A DNA stretch of 64,000 bases from an uncultured Candidatus Saccharibacteria bacterium (lineage in GTDB: Bacteria; Patescibacteriota; Minisyncoccia; Phycocordibacterales; EsbW-18), in contig CAYUSN010000001.1 of assembly GCA_964447415.1 (NCBI GenBank), positions 185,727-249,726 of the forward strand. Reading direction: 5' to 3'. The notes under the pieces are model-generated. The model saw only the letters and a program-made list of their open reading frames with translations, had not been told where the DNA came from and ran no database searches. A program made the position numbers and the translations under genes. Shown in pieces: positions 8,291-19,048 of this stretch (positions within the stretch are counted from its first letter, which is position 1; every line of letters starts with the position of its first letter).

Positions 8291-9653
8291 CGAACGCACC
8301 ACAGCAGAAAACAGTCTCGAAAAAATCTCCGTAGAACGTCTCTCCGGAGAAGAGCGGGAGCACCTGTGGAGCTCCGTTACAACGGCGCACGCGCGTACCC
8401 CGCGCGTCATCCCATCCCCGTACAGCGGATGGATTATCAGCAGAGTTACTCATTCATATTCTATGATTACAGCAGCAATTGCACTTATGCTCGCGCTTTC
8501 AGCGGGAGCAACCGTAGTCGCCGCGGACGATTCCCGTCCCGGTGACGCATTATTCGCTATCGACCGCGCAACGGAAAATATTCGTATTGTGTTTGCGGGC
8601 GACGACAAAAAAGATGAACTCCGTGTCCGTTTTGCAGAAGAACGGGCGGCGGAAGTTGAATCCATTATTGATGAAGAAGGGGAGCGCGTGCGGCTCTCCA
8701 TGGAGGTTCGGGCAAAATCCTCCGGTGATGCTGCGCCCGAAGCGGCGCTGATGGCGGTTTCCTCAGATGACAGCGATGATACATCTGGCGACAATGATGA
8801 TCGCGACGACTCAGATGACGATGGCGATTCAGATGATGACGGCAACGAGCGCATTGCAAACGGTCTCTCGGTTGCAATCGGCTATCTCACGGAAGTATCA
8901 GCGGAGCTTGAAGCAAAAGGAAACATACAGGCAAAAGAGTCGGTTGACGCGGTTATTGCGCGCCTGAACTCAAAAATCGGTGAGATACCGGAAGAACTCC
9001 GTGTTCGTCTGCGGCTCGACAACGACGGTGATGACGACAAGATTCGTGTTCGCGTACGCACCGAAGGAGAAGGTGATGATGACGACGACGTCGAGGTTCG
9101 CGGAGACGGCGTACGGACGAAGGTGGAGTTCAGGAACGGTGAAATCAGAATTGAAAGCAGGATGGATGACGATTCAGACGATGACTCAGATGATGACGAT
9201 TCCTCAAGTGCCGAACTTGAAATTGAAGCGGACGTGTTCACCGACAAGACAATCGTCAAAGTTGAACGCAACGGTATTAAAGAACTCTTTACCACGACGG
9301 CAAAAACTCGCGCAGAGGTTGTGGCGGCAATTGCCGTGAAGTTCGGTATGACCGAAGCAGAAGTTGATGCGGTGCTTGATTTTGAAATTGAAAATCGCGC
9401 AAGTGTCCAAAATGATCTGTTCTTCTCCGGTTCAAGCGAAAGCGGTTCCGACGACAACAATACCGATGATTCTGAGGGAAGCAAGAGCGGCTCGGGGAGC
9501 GGACTTGGAGGCGGTCTTCTCGGAGGATTGCTCGGTGATGATTCAGATGACGATTCGGATGACGATGACGACTCAGATGATGATTCCGACGATGATGATG
9601 ACGATGATGACGATTTGGATGACGACGATGATGATGAAGAAGACGACGACTAA
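8283..9653 (+). CDS. Anti-sigma-factor-like single-pass membrane protein with extremely acidic poly-Asp/Ser extracytoplasmic domain
   Basis: Translationally coupled to the ECF sigma gene (ATGCGTAA overlap). Charged N-terminus, TM helix ITAAIALMLALSAGATVVAA, then repeated DDSDDD tracts and C-terminal run DDDSDDDDDDDDDLDDDDDDEEDDD. Confidence 0.5.
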   Translation: MRNERTTAENSLEKISVERLSGEEREHLWSSVTTAHARTPRVIPSPYSGWIISRVTHSYSMITAAIALMLALSAGATVVAADDSRPGDALFAIDRATENIRIVFAGDDKKDELRVRFAEERAAEVESIIDEEGERVRLSMEVRAKSSGDAAPEAALMAVSSDDSDDTSGDNDDRDDSDDDGDSDDDGNERIANGLSVAIGYLTEVSAELEAKGNIQAKESVDAVIARLNSKIGEIPEELRVRLRLDNDGDDDKIRVRVRTEGEGDDDDDVEVRGDGVRTKVEFRNGEIRIESRMDDDSDDDSDDDDSSSAELEIEADVFTDKTIVKVERNGIKELFTTTAKTRAEVVAAIAVKFGMTEAEVDAVLDFEIENRASVQNDLFFSGSSESGSDDNNTDDSEGSKSGSGSGLGGGLLGGLLGDDSDDDSDDDDDSDDDSDDDDDDDDDLDDDDDDEEDDD

Positions 9654-9667
9654 TTATTAAAAACTGA

Positions 9668-9709
9668 AAAAACCCTCTCTAGTTCGCGCGAATTAGAGAG
9701 GGTTTTTAT
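9668..9709. terminator. Bidirectional intrinsic terminator (aaaccctctctagttcgcgcgaattagagagggttttt)
   Basis: 11-bp stem between convergent genes with flanking A/T runs. Confidence 0.65.
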
Positions 9710-9781
9710 GTTAAAAGTAAAAACAAAACCGCGTCTACCCATGCGGGCGGACGCGGCGGTGGAAAAAGCCGGGGGTTCAGC

Positions 9782-10270
9782 TTAGCAGGGAAGCGGCGCC
9801 GTGGATGCGGCCGCTCGCTCCTTCGCGCGGCGAATCTGACGCAGCGCGTCCACGTCTTCCTGTACGACGGAATTGCAGAGCCGTCGCACGAAAGACCGCA
9901 CGTCGTCCTCCGGGATGTCGCTGCCGGCGACGTCGCCGACGAAGAGGTCCTCGAGCTCCCCGATGGAAAGCTTGTCGCGGGTACGGTGGCGCACGCGCGC
10001 ACAGAGCACCTGCAGCGAGATCTCCTCCTGCGACTTCTGTGGGATGCGGGACAGCATCCGCGTACGCTGGTCTTCTTCGGGTTCGAGAATTGCCGCGAGG
10101 AACTGCTCGACGGGCTCGGTAACGAGCCCCATCCGCGCCATGAGGCGCCAGATGGCTTCCCGAAACGCGGGCGACGTGCGGGTGAGCCCGCAGCGGTCAC
10201 ACTGGTCGACCTTCCCGGCAACGATTGCCGAGAAAATCTGCAACGCCATGGCGCCGTCCTTTTTGGTCAT
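9782..10270 (-). CDS. Hypothetical protein (GC-rich ORFan, 162 aa)
   Basis: Start moved to MTKKDG with AAAGGAGGGG SD; high GC3 codon usage; downstream of recG on same strand. Confidence 0.4.
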   Translation of the reverse strand: MTKKDGAMALQIFSAIVAGKVDQCDRCGLTRTSPAFREAIWRLMARMGLVTEPVEQFLAAILEPEEDQRTRMLSRIPQKSQEEISLQVLCARVRHRTRDKLSIGELEDLFVGDVAGSDIPEDDVRSFVRRLCNSVVQEDVDALRQIRRAKERAAASTAPLPC

Positions 10271-10371
10271 CGTATCCCCTCCTTTGAATGCGGCAGTTAC
10301 CATAACTGTCGCGGTGCATCTATTCGGTACGGTACGCTGTTGGTTAAAAAAAGTCAAAGTTTTCCCAATCT

Positions 10372-12570
10372 TTATTCAAAGTGAACTGATGCACGCGAAC
10401 GCACCGCTTCCGCAAGGAGCGGTGTGTTTGTCAATTCAGGGTCTTTCTCGATGAGTGTTCGTGCTTCAGTGCGCGCCGCTTCAACCATTTTGAGATTTTT
10501 GAGCGCTTCCATGCCGACGTCGGTGATGCCCCACTGACGTCCGCCGTACAACTCGCCTGAACCGCGCAGTTCCAAATCTTTTTCTGCGAGTTCAAACCCG
10601 TTTGCCGACGCGGCAAGCGCCTTCAGACGGTCAAGTGTTCCTGCACCGTGTGCTTCGGTGAAGAGGTAGCAGTATGCCTGATGACTTGAGCGCAGGACGC
10701 GGCCGCGGAGCTGGTGGAGCTGGGCGAGTCCGAACCGGTCGGCGCCTTCAATAATGATTGCGGTTGCGTTCGGGACATTCACGCCGACTTCAATCACCGA
10801 TGTGGCGACCAAAATATCAATATCTCCGTCAGCAAACACTTTCATCACGTCTTCTTTTTCGGCAGGTTTCATTTTTCCGTGCACCATGCCGATGCGTGCT
10901 TTAGGAAACACGTCTTTTTTGAGACGCCGCGCTTCTTCCACCACTGATTTCGCGCGCAAGGCGGTTTCTTTTTTCGGGTCCGGCTCATCAATGCGCGGAC
11001 ATACCACAAATACCTGCCGTCCTTCGTCTATGAGTGTCTGGATGTGTGCGTATGTTTTTGCGCGCCCTGATGGGGTAACAATCTCCGTTTTAATTTCTTT
11101 GCGTCCCTTCGGCTGTTCGTCCAACAACGTGAGGTCAAGGTCGCCGTACACGGTGAGCGCGAGCGTTCTCGGGATAGGTGTTGCGGTCATGGAGAGCAAG
11201 TGAGGCATACGCCAAGTGCTGGTGTCGGGTACGTCCGTTTTTTTTGCGAGTCCGGCGCGCTGATTGGTGCCGAAGCGATGTTGTTCATCGATAATCACGT
11301 ATGCGAGGTGTTTGAATTTCACGGTTTTCTGGATGAGCGCGTGTGTGCCGATGAGAATCGGAATCTCTCCGTTTGCAACCCATTTAAGCAACTGTGGGCG
11401 GGAAATATCGGTCCATCCGTTGCGGTTTACTTTTGACGGAAACTTTTTGCATCCCGATGAGGTGATGAGACCGATTTGAATCGGTAAATCTTTAAAGAAT
11501 TCTATGAATGACTCAAAGTGTTGCTGTGCAAGAATCTCGGTGGGTGCCATGTACGCAACCTGCAAATTGCCGAAATCCTGTGTTTTTCCCTCTGCATTTT
11601 TCGGACGGCTCGTCACCACACAATATGCAGTTGCTGCGGCGACGAATGTCTTTCCCGAACCGACGTCTCCTTCAAGGAGGCGCGACATCGCATGCGGCGA
11701 AGCAAAGTTTTCAAGAATATGTTCTATAGCGCGTGTTTGCGCACCGGTCGGTGTAAACGGAAAGCGTTTAATAAAGGCAGAGAGCTCTTTTTTTGATACC
11801 GCGATATCCCATGTCGGCAGGGCATCGGCCTCCGCGCGCTCCTGCTGTTTTTGAAGCTGGATGAAAAATACCTCTTCAAATGCGAACCGTTTGCGTGCGG
11901 CGACCGCATCCGTTTCGGTTTTCGGTGTGTGCATCCACACCAGTGCGGTGGCGAGTGCAGGTAAATTGTATTTTTTCAAGATGTCTTTCGGAATCGGATC
12001 GGAGAGTGTTTCCAGTAATTCTTTCGTGAGTATTTTTTGTATTGCATAGAAAAACCAGCGTGAGGTCACCCCGCGGCTTTCATGGTATACGGGCAGAAAC
12101 GGTAAGTCAGGATATTCTTCCGTTTGTGAAGTAAACAGCGGGCTTCCTGCGAGCGCCTTGTTTCTGTCAGCGTGCGTAATCTCAGGGTTAATCATTGAAC
12201 GCTTGCCGTCTTTTTCTTTTATTTTTCCGGCGACCACAACCAGCGACCCCTCAGGAAACATTTTTGAAATGTAGGGCTGGTGGAGCCACAAGAGATGCAA
12301 ACTGCCTGACTCGTCTTTGAGTGTCGCTTCCGTCATCGGGATTTTACTTTTCCACGCCTTACGCGCCTTTGTTTTTGAAATAACACCGACGACGGACACC
12401 ATGTCTCCGGATGCGGCGGTTTGAATCACGCCCTCATTGGAAGATGAGATGTAACGTGCGGGGAAGTGATAGAGTAAATCACGTAACGTGACCACGCCGA
12501 GTTTCTTGAGCGCTTTTACTTGAAAGTCGGAAAGGCGAAAGCGTTTTGTAACGGGCTGACTGAGTTCCAT
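10372..12570 (-). CDS. recG: ATP-dependent DNA helicase RecG
   Basis: Wedge/OB N-domain followed by superfamily-2 helicase motifs (GDVGSGKT, DEQHRFG, TATPIPRT, helicase C-terminal QLHQLRGRV); start moved to MELSQPV by codon counting. Confidence 0.85.
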   Translation of the reverse strand: MELSQPVTKRFRLSDFQVKALKKLGVVTLRDLLYHFPARYISSSNEGVIQTAASGDMVSVVGVISKTKARKAWKSKIPMTEATLKDESGSLHLLWLHQPYISKMFPEGSLVVVAGKIKEKDGKRSMINPEITHADRNKALAGSPLFTSQTEEYPDLPFLPVYHESRGVTSRWFFYAIQKILTKELLETLSDPIPKDILKKYNLPALATALVWMHTPKTETDAVAARKRFAFEEVFFIQLQKQQERAEADALPTWDIAVSKKELSAFIKRFPFTPTGAQTRAIEHILENFASPHAMSRLLEGDVGSGKTFVAAATAYCVVTSRPKNAEGKTQDFGNLQVAYMAPTEILAQQHFESFIEFFKDLPIQIGLITSSGCKKFPSKVNRNGWTDISRPQLLKWVANGEIPILIGTHALIQKTVKFKHLAYVIIDEQHRFGTNQRAGLAKKTDVPDTSTWRMPHLLSMTATPIPRTLALTVYGDLDLTLLDEQPKGRKEIKTEIVTPSGRAKTYAHIQTLIDEGRQVFVVCPRIDEPDPKKETALRAKSVVEEARRLKKDVFPKARIGMVHGKMKPAEKEDVMKVFADGDIDILVATSVIEVGVNVPNATAIIIEGADRFGLAQLHQLRGRVLRSSHQAYCYLFTEAHGAGTLDRLKALAASANGFELAEKDLELRGSGELYGGRQWGITDVGMEALKNLKMVEAARTEARTLIEKDPELTNTPLLAEAVRSRASVHFE

Positions 12571-12672
12571 ACGTCCATTGTACCTCAGGGGTGTGAAGTA
12601 TTTCTTGTTTGACGAACCGTTTATCAGAGCGTACCCTCGTTTTTGGAGATGTACCTGACAAGGAGGATTCTT

Positions 12673-12780
12673 ATGCAACAACTGCTTCAGGCAAGTGCTG
12701 TGTTCGGCATCATTGCGCTCATCATCTGGGGGATGTGGAGGGTCACATTCCTCGGTTTCCGAGAAGGAGGACAACGATGA
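12673..12780 (+). CDS. Putative 35-aa membrane peptide (MQQLLQASAVFGIIALIIWGMWRVTFLGFREGGQR)
   Basis: Manual translation; AAGGAGGA SD 7 nt upstream; stop overlaps downstream ATG (ATGA); GC-rich codon usage. Confidence 0.3.
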   Translation: MQQLLQASAVFGIIALIIWGMWRVTFLGFREGGQR

Positions 12781-13007
12781 GGGTTTATGAAGAGAAGGGG
12801 GTGCGTCTCACGTACGTGCCGATGGCGGTCGCGGCAGCGACGCTCATCGCCGCCGGATGGGTCGGATTTCTCGTGCTGCGTAAGACGAGATTCCGCCGTG
12901 CCGCCCGCGTCGCACGGAAAGTGGAGGTCGCGGGCCAGAGAGTGCTCAACCTCGCGGAGCACCCTGATGTGCGGCCGATGTTCTCCGAGGACGAGACCGC
13001 CGCGTGA
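12777..13007 (+). CDS. Small single-TM protein (76 aa), hypothetical
   Basis: AGGAGGA SD; start MRVYEEKG within ORF 12609..13007; TM segment AVAAATLIAAGWVGFLVL; coupled to upstream micro-ORF. Confidence 0.35.
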   Translation: MRVYEEKGVRLTYVPMAVAAATLIAAGWVGFLVLRKTRFRRAARVARKVEVAGQRVLNLAEHPDVRPMFSEDETAA

Positions 13008-13236
13008 CGCCTCGCTCCGCCGTTTTCCCGCCGGGGGCCTTGTGCCGCCGGCGGTGCTTTATATATTGGCGTTTTTGCTGTCCACCGACTTTCCCCAACG
13101 GCGCAGAAACGGCTTGACAGAGGCGTTTTCACGAATATAATGAGTGCTCCTACAGTGATCAGCAACCCCGTTCCGGTTTTGCTGGGACGGGGTAAAAAAT
13201 TGCGGTAGGGGATGCACGTTGATAATCACATAATTC

Positions 13237-13331
13237 ATCCAGCACTCAATTTGGCACTGTTGTCATGTCGAACGAATGACGCACAACAGTGAATCTACAA
13301 CGAAGAGATAGTGCCAAATTGAGTGCTGGAT
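13237..13331. promoter_or_regulatory. Palindromic element C: 21-bp perfect inverted arms (atccagcactcaatttggcac / gtgccaaattgagtgctggat) flanking 53 nt, upstream of the 16S rRNA gene
   Basis: Read directly; followed by three further strong hairpins (13345-13460) in the rRNA leader region. Confidence 0.5.
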
Positions 13332-13543
13332 AAAAAAGTCGTGCGATGGCCACCGCTGTCGCACGCACAATCAGAGTTAACCGGATAGCAGCCGGAGCAC
13401 TCTGATTAACCCGTCTATGAGAGACAGACCGTAGTACAGTCTGTCTCATCCAAGACAAAATTAAGAACGGAGAAAAAAGCTAATCACATTTTTTCTTTTG
13501 TTCTGCTCAACTAAGTGAAGCATTTATGTTTCACTTTATATGT

Positions 13544-15196
<1,653 letters not shown>

Positions 15197-15365
15197 AGTC
15201 AAATGACAATCGGTATTTGTCTCTCAAGGACAATACTCTAGGCGGTCGATATCGTGCACTGCAATTGAGTGCATGATGGATGCGGCACAGCATCCTTAAA
15301 ACCGTGCCGGGCATCCGGGAAAGACCGGAAAAATGAGCAGAACAAAAGAAAGAACGTGATATAAA

Positions 15366-15398
15366 AACCGCCCCGCGCCTAACGCGCGGGGCGGTTTT
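15366..15398. terminator. Bidirectional intrinsic terminator (aaaaaccgccccgcgcctaacgcgcggggcggtttt)
   Basis: Perfect GC-rich stem flanked by A-run and T-run between 16S and the convergent gene. Confidence 0.7.
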
Positions 15399-15406
15399 GC
15401 GTTCTC

Positions 15407-16573
15407 TTAGAGTTCGTCGAGCGCGTCTTCGGCAAGTTCCTCCGCCTCTTGTGCCAGGTCAATCGCTTCGTCGTAATCTTCATCGTCGAACGCATCCCAC
15501 GCGTCGGCAACCAAGTCCTCCGCCTCATCAAGCAGGTCTTCAGCGTCGGATGTGTCGCCGTTTGTGTCATCAACCTCATCCCAGGCATCATCAATTGCGT
15601 CTTCCGCGTCGGCAATTGCGTCTTCCGCGTCTCCCTCATCCCCCCTTCGGTGGCTTCTCGGATTTATTTCATCAACGGCCTCGTCCGCGAGATCCTGTGC
15701 TTCTTCCGCAAGATCAATCGCATCGTCATAGTTGCCGTCATCAAACTCATCCCATGCTTCATCAAGCAGATCTTGTGCTTCATCAAGTAGATCCTGTGCG
15801 TCATCAACATCATCACCGTCATCTTCCGCGTCGTCTATTTCATCTTGCGCATCATCAATCGCATCTTCTGCTTCGTCCAGCGCATCCTCTGCCTCTTCAT
15901 CGCCACCGCCGAGATCATCGATAATATCCTGTGCGTCATCAAGCGCACGCTCTCCCTTTTTGAGTGCCTCTTCGTAATCCTCTTCGATAAACGCGTACAG
16001 AGCGTCGAGCAGACGTTCTTTGGCGTCATCAAGGTCATTCTCAAAGCTTGAGGTGGTTTCACCGTTGTCTTGTGCGTCTTCTATCTCGTCCTCCGCATCA
16101 TCGATTGCATTAATTGCATCTTGCAGAATATTCCGTGCGTCCTCTTCATCGGATGAGTTATTGTCATCATCGTCATCATCACTGTCATCATCATCAGAAT
16201 CCGTCTGCGGCGGAGCAATTACCGGTGTAGGCGCCGCGCCGCTCATGAGTTCAAGATATTTTCTCTGTGATACGGGTCCGAAATATCCTGTCGCCGGCAT
16301 AATGCCGTTCACGGTCTGCCATGCCGCAACCGCAATTTGTGTTTTTTCACGGAAGAGCGATGTTTCTTGCCCCGGCGCGCCGGGACCATCCTGTGCAATC
16401 GTGATGCCCGCTGAGTTGAGGTACCTCTGCAGACAACGGATGTCTTCTCCTTGCATGCCGAGCTCCAAGTCGCGGTCAAAGGTGCACGAAACGACCGCCT
16501 GTGCAGACGGAGCAAATGACAAAAACGCTGCAGTGATAATACCCGCTAGCAATAGTGTTGTGTGTGTGCGCAT
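15407..16573 (-). CDS. Secreted peptidoglycan-binding-domain protein with long acidic Asp/Glu/Ala repeat C-terminal region
   Basis: Signal peptide MRTHTTLLLAGIITAAFLSFAPSAQA; PG_binding_1-like segment (LELGMQGEDIRCLQRYLNSAG...TGYFGPVSQRKYLEL); ~250 aa of repeats such as DDAQDLLDEAEDLVADAWDEFDD; start moved to MRTHTT. Confidence 0.6.
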   Translation of the reverse strand: MRTHTTLLLAGIITAAFLSFAPSAQAVVSCTFDRDLELGMQGEDIRCLQRYLNSAGITIAQDGPGAPGQETSLFREKTQIAVAAWQTVNGIMPATGYFGPVSQRKYLELMSGAAPTPVIAPPQTDSDDDDSDDDDDDNNSSDEEDARNILQDAINAIDDAEDEIEDAQDNGETTSSFENDLDDAKERLLDALYAFIEEDYEEALKKGERALDDAQDIIDDLGGGDEEAEDALDEAEDAIDDAQDEIDDAEDDGDDVDDAQDLLDEAQDLLDEAWDEFDDGNYDDAIDLAEEAQDLADEAVDEINPRSHRRGDEGDAEDAIADAEDAIDDAWDEVDDTNGDTSDAEDLLDEAEDLVADAWDAFDDEDYDEAIDLAQEAEELAEDALDEL

Positions 16574-16772
16574 AGCAAAAAAGTTATGTGGTAAATGACC
16601 TGATTGTTCCTGCACAAAGAGGAATGTAATCGGTGCTTACAGTATATCAAGTGGCTCGTCATGCTGAGGTGCCGGGCGGGGGATAATGAGCGCCCGCAAA
16701 GGTATTGGAAACCACATTCTTGACAAATTCATATAATATGATGTATACTGTACATCAGAAAAGGAGGTTGCC

Positions 16773-17024
16773 ATGAAGGCCACGGTGTCGAACTATGGTC
16801 TGATGTACAGTCCGACGGTGATGGGTGGGCTCGTCTCACTCGAACCGTTCGAGGTCATCGCCAAGGCGGTCGGACCGTGCAACTGCGGGTTCGAGGAACC
16901 CGACAGTCCGCGGATGGGGCACGCATCAAGCTGTCCAACGCAGTACGCGATGATCGAGGTGCAGGGGCACACGATCGTGGTGTACCTGCCCAACATCGAA
17001 ATCATGGAGGAGGTGACCGCATGA
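16773..17024 (+). CDS. Hypothetical small protein (83 aa, Cys/His-containing), GC-rich ORFan
   Basis: Strong AAAAGGAGG SD; stop overlaps downstream ATG (ATGA). Confidence 0.4.
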   Translation: MKATVSNYGLMYSPTVMGGLVSLEPFEVIAKAVGPCNCGFEEPDSPRMGHASSCPTQYAMIEVQGHTIVVYLPNIEIMEEVTA

Positions 17025-17272
17025 CTCGACAGTACTACCGCCCGCAGGAGCTGCCGCGGCAGAAGGTCGTGCAGCGCGAGAGGAACCAGATGAACACGGC
17101 TTCGGTGGTGTGCGCGGTTCTTGCACTCATCTTCACGATGGGCGCGGCGTCCGAATACACCACCACCGTCGCGGCGGTCGCTTGCGTTCTCCTGGCCCTG
17201 GTCTTCGGGGTCGGGGCGTGGCTTCTCTCCACCCGTTGCGGATTTCGCATCCGCATCGAGCGCGACCGCTGA
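17021..17272 (+). CDS. Small 2-TM membrane protein (83 aa), hypothetical
   Basis: Start at ATG overlapping upstream stop; two hydrophobic helices (VVCAVLALIFTMGAA, VACVLLALVFGVGAWLL). Confidence 0.4.
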   Translation: MTRQYYRPQELPRQKVVQRERNQMNTASVVCAVLALIFTMGAASEYTTTVAAVACVLLALVFGVGAWLLSTRCGFRIRIERDR

Positions 17273-17381
17273 CAGTGCTTCGCCGGTTCAAGCCCGGCAA
17301 CGACAGTCGTTTCCTTCGGGGGGCGGCTGTTTTTCTTTATTGAGAAAAACCGGCAATTTTGGTATAGTCCACGTTGCAAAC

Positions 17382-17455
17382 GCGCGTGTAGCTCAGCTGG
17401 TTAGAGCACGTCACTGATAATGACGAGGCCGAAGGTTCGAGTCCTTCCACGCGCA
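17382..17455 (+). tRNA. tRNA-Ile (anticodon GAU)
   Basis: Cloverleaf: GCGCGTG/CACGCGC acceptor, D-arm GCTC-AGCTGGTTA-GAGC, anticodon loop CTGATAA, T-arm GAAGG-TTCGAGT-CCTTC, discriminator A. Confidence 0.85.
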
Positions 17456-17479
17456 CAAAACGAAGTTTGAGTATAAGAA

Positions 17480-17510
17480 AACGGGCGACCTTTTGAGGGG
17501 TCGCCCGTGA
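17480..17510. terminator. Bidirectional intrinsic terminator (aaaacgggcgaccttttgaggggtcgcccgtgaaa)
   Basis: 8-bp GC stem with flanking A/T runs between tRNA-Ile and convergent gene. Confidence 0.6.
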
Positions 17511-17530
17511 AATCAACTGCGATTCACTGC

Positions 17531-18790
17531 TTACGGAGCCGTTGCGCTCCAGATGCCGGTGTCTCCGAGTTCGAAGCCGTCGGCGAAGATGCGTCCGATG
17601 CCGTGGATGTACCCGGCACCTGCATCGACCCCGTCGATATCCGAGTAAGGGGCGCCGCCGGCGAAGTTGCCACCGTAGGCTGCCGACGACCAACCGTTGC
17701 GGTAGTCGGTGTCAACGTCGGCAGGAATGATTTCCTGCGCGAACGACCACGGGTTCGTGGCTTCCTGCAGGAAAAGCATCCATCTGCCGGCGTTGTTCGT
17801 GCCGGGGATGTCGCGCCACGCCTCACCAACGAGTGCCTGGTGGGCATTGAGCGCGACGGACCATCCAAACTGCGCCCCTGCCTGCGGCACGGGTGCGGCG
17901 AGTGCTTGTTCCAGCGTCCAGCCGTTGCCATCCTGATGGATGACAACGCTGTAGGCGGCACCTCGACTGTCGTCGGGTTGCAATCCGGATTCTCCCGGGG
18001 CGCCGAGCAGGACACGTCGTCCGCTCGCGGAGACAGCGAAGCCGAGTTTGTAGGCGCCGTTGATGACGCCTTTGAAGCTCTGCCCCCACTGGTTCGTTCC
18101 TCCCAAGTTCTGCTTGAAGAGGAAGAACGAACCCATCCATGAGATGTTGCCGCTGTAGTCCAACGGAGCAGTGGCGACGAGCCACTGGTTTCCGATGAAC
18201 GCGAGACCGAAGCCCGCATACGAATCGGCCGGGTTAGCGATGTTGAGGAAGGTAAGCTTCTTACCTTCCCAGCCGCCGGCGGTGTCCCAGTAAACGTTCA
18301 CCTTCCCGTGCGGGAAGGCGCCACAGGCGGCGCTGGTGCCGCTCTTGGAGACCGCGACCGACTGGCCGCTTTCGTCACCTGCGACGGCGTGCGCATCTTC
18401 CAGTGCGGCATCGAAGGTGTAGTCTCCGTCGCTGCCGTTGAAGACGTAGCACCGGCCGGCGTTCGCGCCGAGCGTGTCGTCGTAGGGCGCGCCCACGATG
18501 AGGCGCGCGCAATCCGGAGACACGGCGAGCGCTTCGCCGAAGCGAGCACCGCCTTGGGCACCCGGATAGAAGACCTCGTCGATGAGGTCCGTGCCACGGT
18601 ATACCGCGACGGAACCGGAGGCGGCGTCGTACGGACGACCGACGAAGGACAGACCGTCGCACTTCGCGACGGACTTCCCGAAGTTCTCGCCCGGGAAGGG
18701 CGAGGGGTGCGGGAGCGCGGTGGGTTCCACCGCGCTCAGGGGCGCCGCGAGAATCGCGAGCGCCATGAAGGTCCAGCGGGCGATTCTCAT
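17531..18790 (-). CDS. Secreted FG-GAP repeat (integrin-alpha-like beta-propeller) protein
   Basis: Signal peptide MRIARWTFMALAILAAPLSA; repeated FG...SVA...G...D(L)IVGAP...G motifs (ENFGKSVA, ARFGEALAVSPDCARLIVGAPYDD, AQFGWSVAL...LVGEAWRD); start moved to MRIARW; high GC3. Confidence 0.6.
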   Translation of the reverse strand: MRIARWTFMALAILAAPLSAVEPTALPHPSPFPGENFGKSVAKCDGLSFVGRPYDAASGSVAVYRGTDLIDEVFYPGAQGGARFGEALAVSPDCARLIVGAPYDDTLGANAGRCYVFNGSDGDYTFDAALEDAHAVAGDESGQSVAVSKSGTSAACGAFPHGKVNVYWDTAGGWEGKKLTFLNIANPADSYAGFGLAFIGNQWLVATAPLDYSGNISWMGSFFLFKQNLGGTNQWGQSFKGVINGAYKLGFAVSASGRRVLLGAPGESGLQPDDSRGAAYSVVIHQDGNGWTLEQALAAPVPQAGAQFGWSVALNAHQALVGEAWRDIPGTNNAGRWMLFLQEATNPWSFAQEIIPADVDTDYRNGWSSAAYGGNFAGGAPYSDIDGVDAGAGYIHGIGRIFADGFELGDTGIWSATAP

Positions 18791-18965
18791 GGCGACTAAC
18801 TTCCTTTCTCCGTCTATCGACGGTGCCTGCATGAATCGTTATGAATCGTTGTTGATTGTAAATCTGCGTCTGGTAACATCCTATCAGAATAAACATGAAT
18901 TGTCAAGAGTTCTGAGCGGGAAAAAGGTACGTTTTTTAGGGCATATTTGGTACTATGCTCTTGTC

Positions 18966-19047
18966 GGGCACGTGGCGGAATTGGTATACGCGTACGCTTC
19001 AGGAGCGTATGTCGCAAGACTTGAGGGTTCGAGTCCCTCCGTGCCCA
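18966..19047 (+). tRNA. tRNA-Leu (anticodon CAG), type II with long variable arm
   Basis: GGGCACG/CGTGCCC acceptor, anticodon stem TACGC/GCGTA with loop TTCAGGA, 13-nt variable arm, T-arm GAGGG-TTCGAGT-CCCTC, discriminator A. Confidence 0.8.
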
Positions 19048-19048
19048 C

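Noticed and set aside
13360-13415. Hairpin aatcagagttaaccggatagcagccggagcactctgatt considered as SRP (4.5S) RNA because of the CCGGA...AGCAGCC resemblance
   Set aside because: Only ~45 nt and lacks the full domain IV symmetric/asymmetric loops and the closing helix of SRP RNA; more likely part of the rRNA leader.
18829-18848. Tandem duplication atgaatcgtt-atgaatcgtt upstream of the FG-GAP gene
   Set aside because: Only two copies of a 10-mer. Noted as a possible slippage or insertion scar but too small to call a repeat feature on its own.
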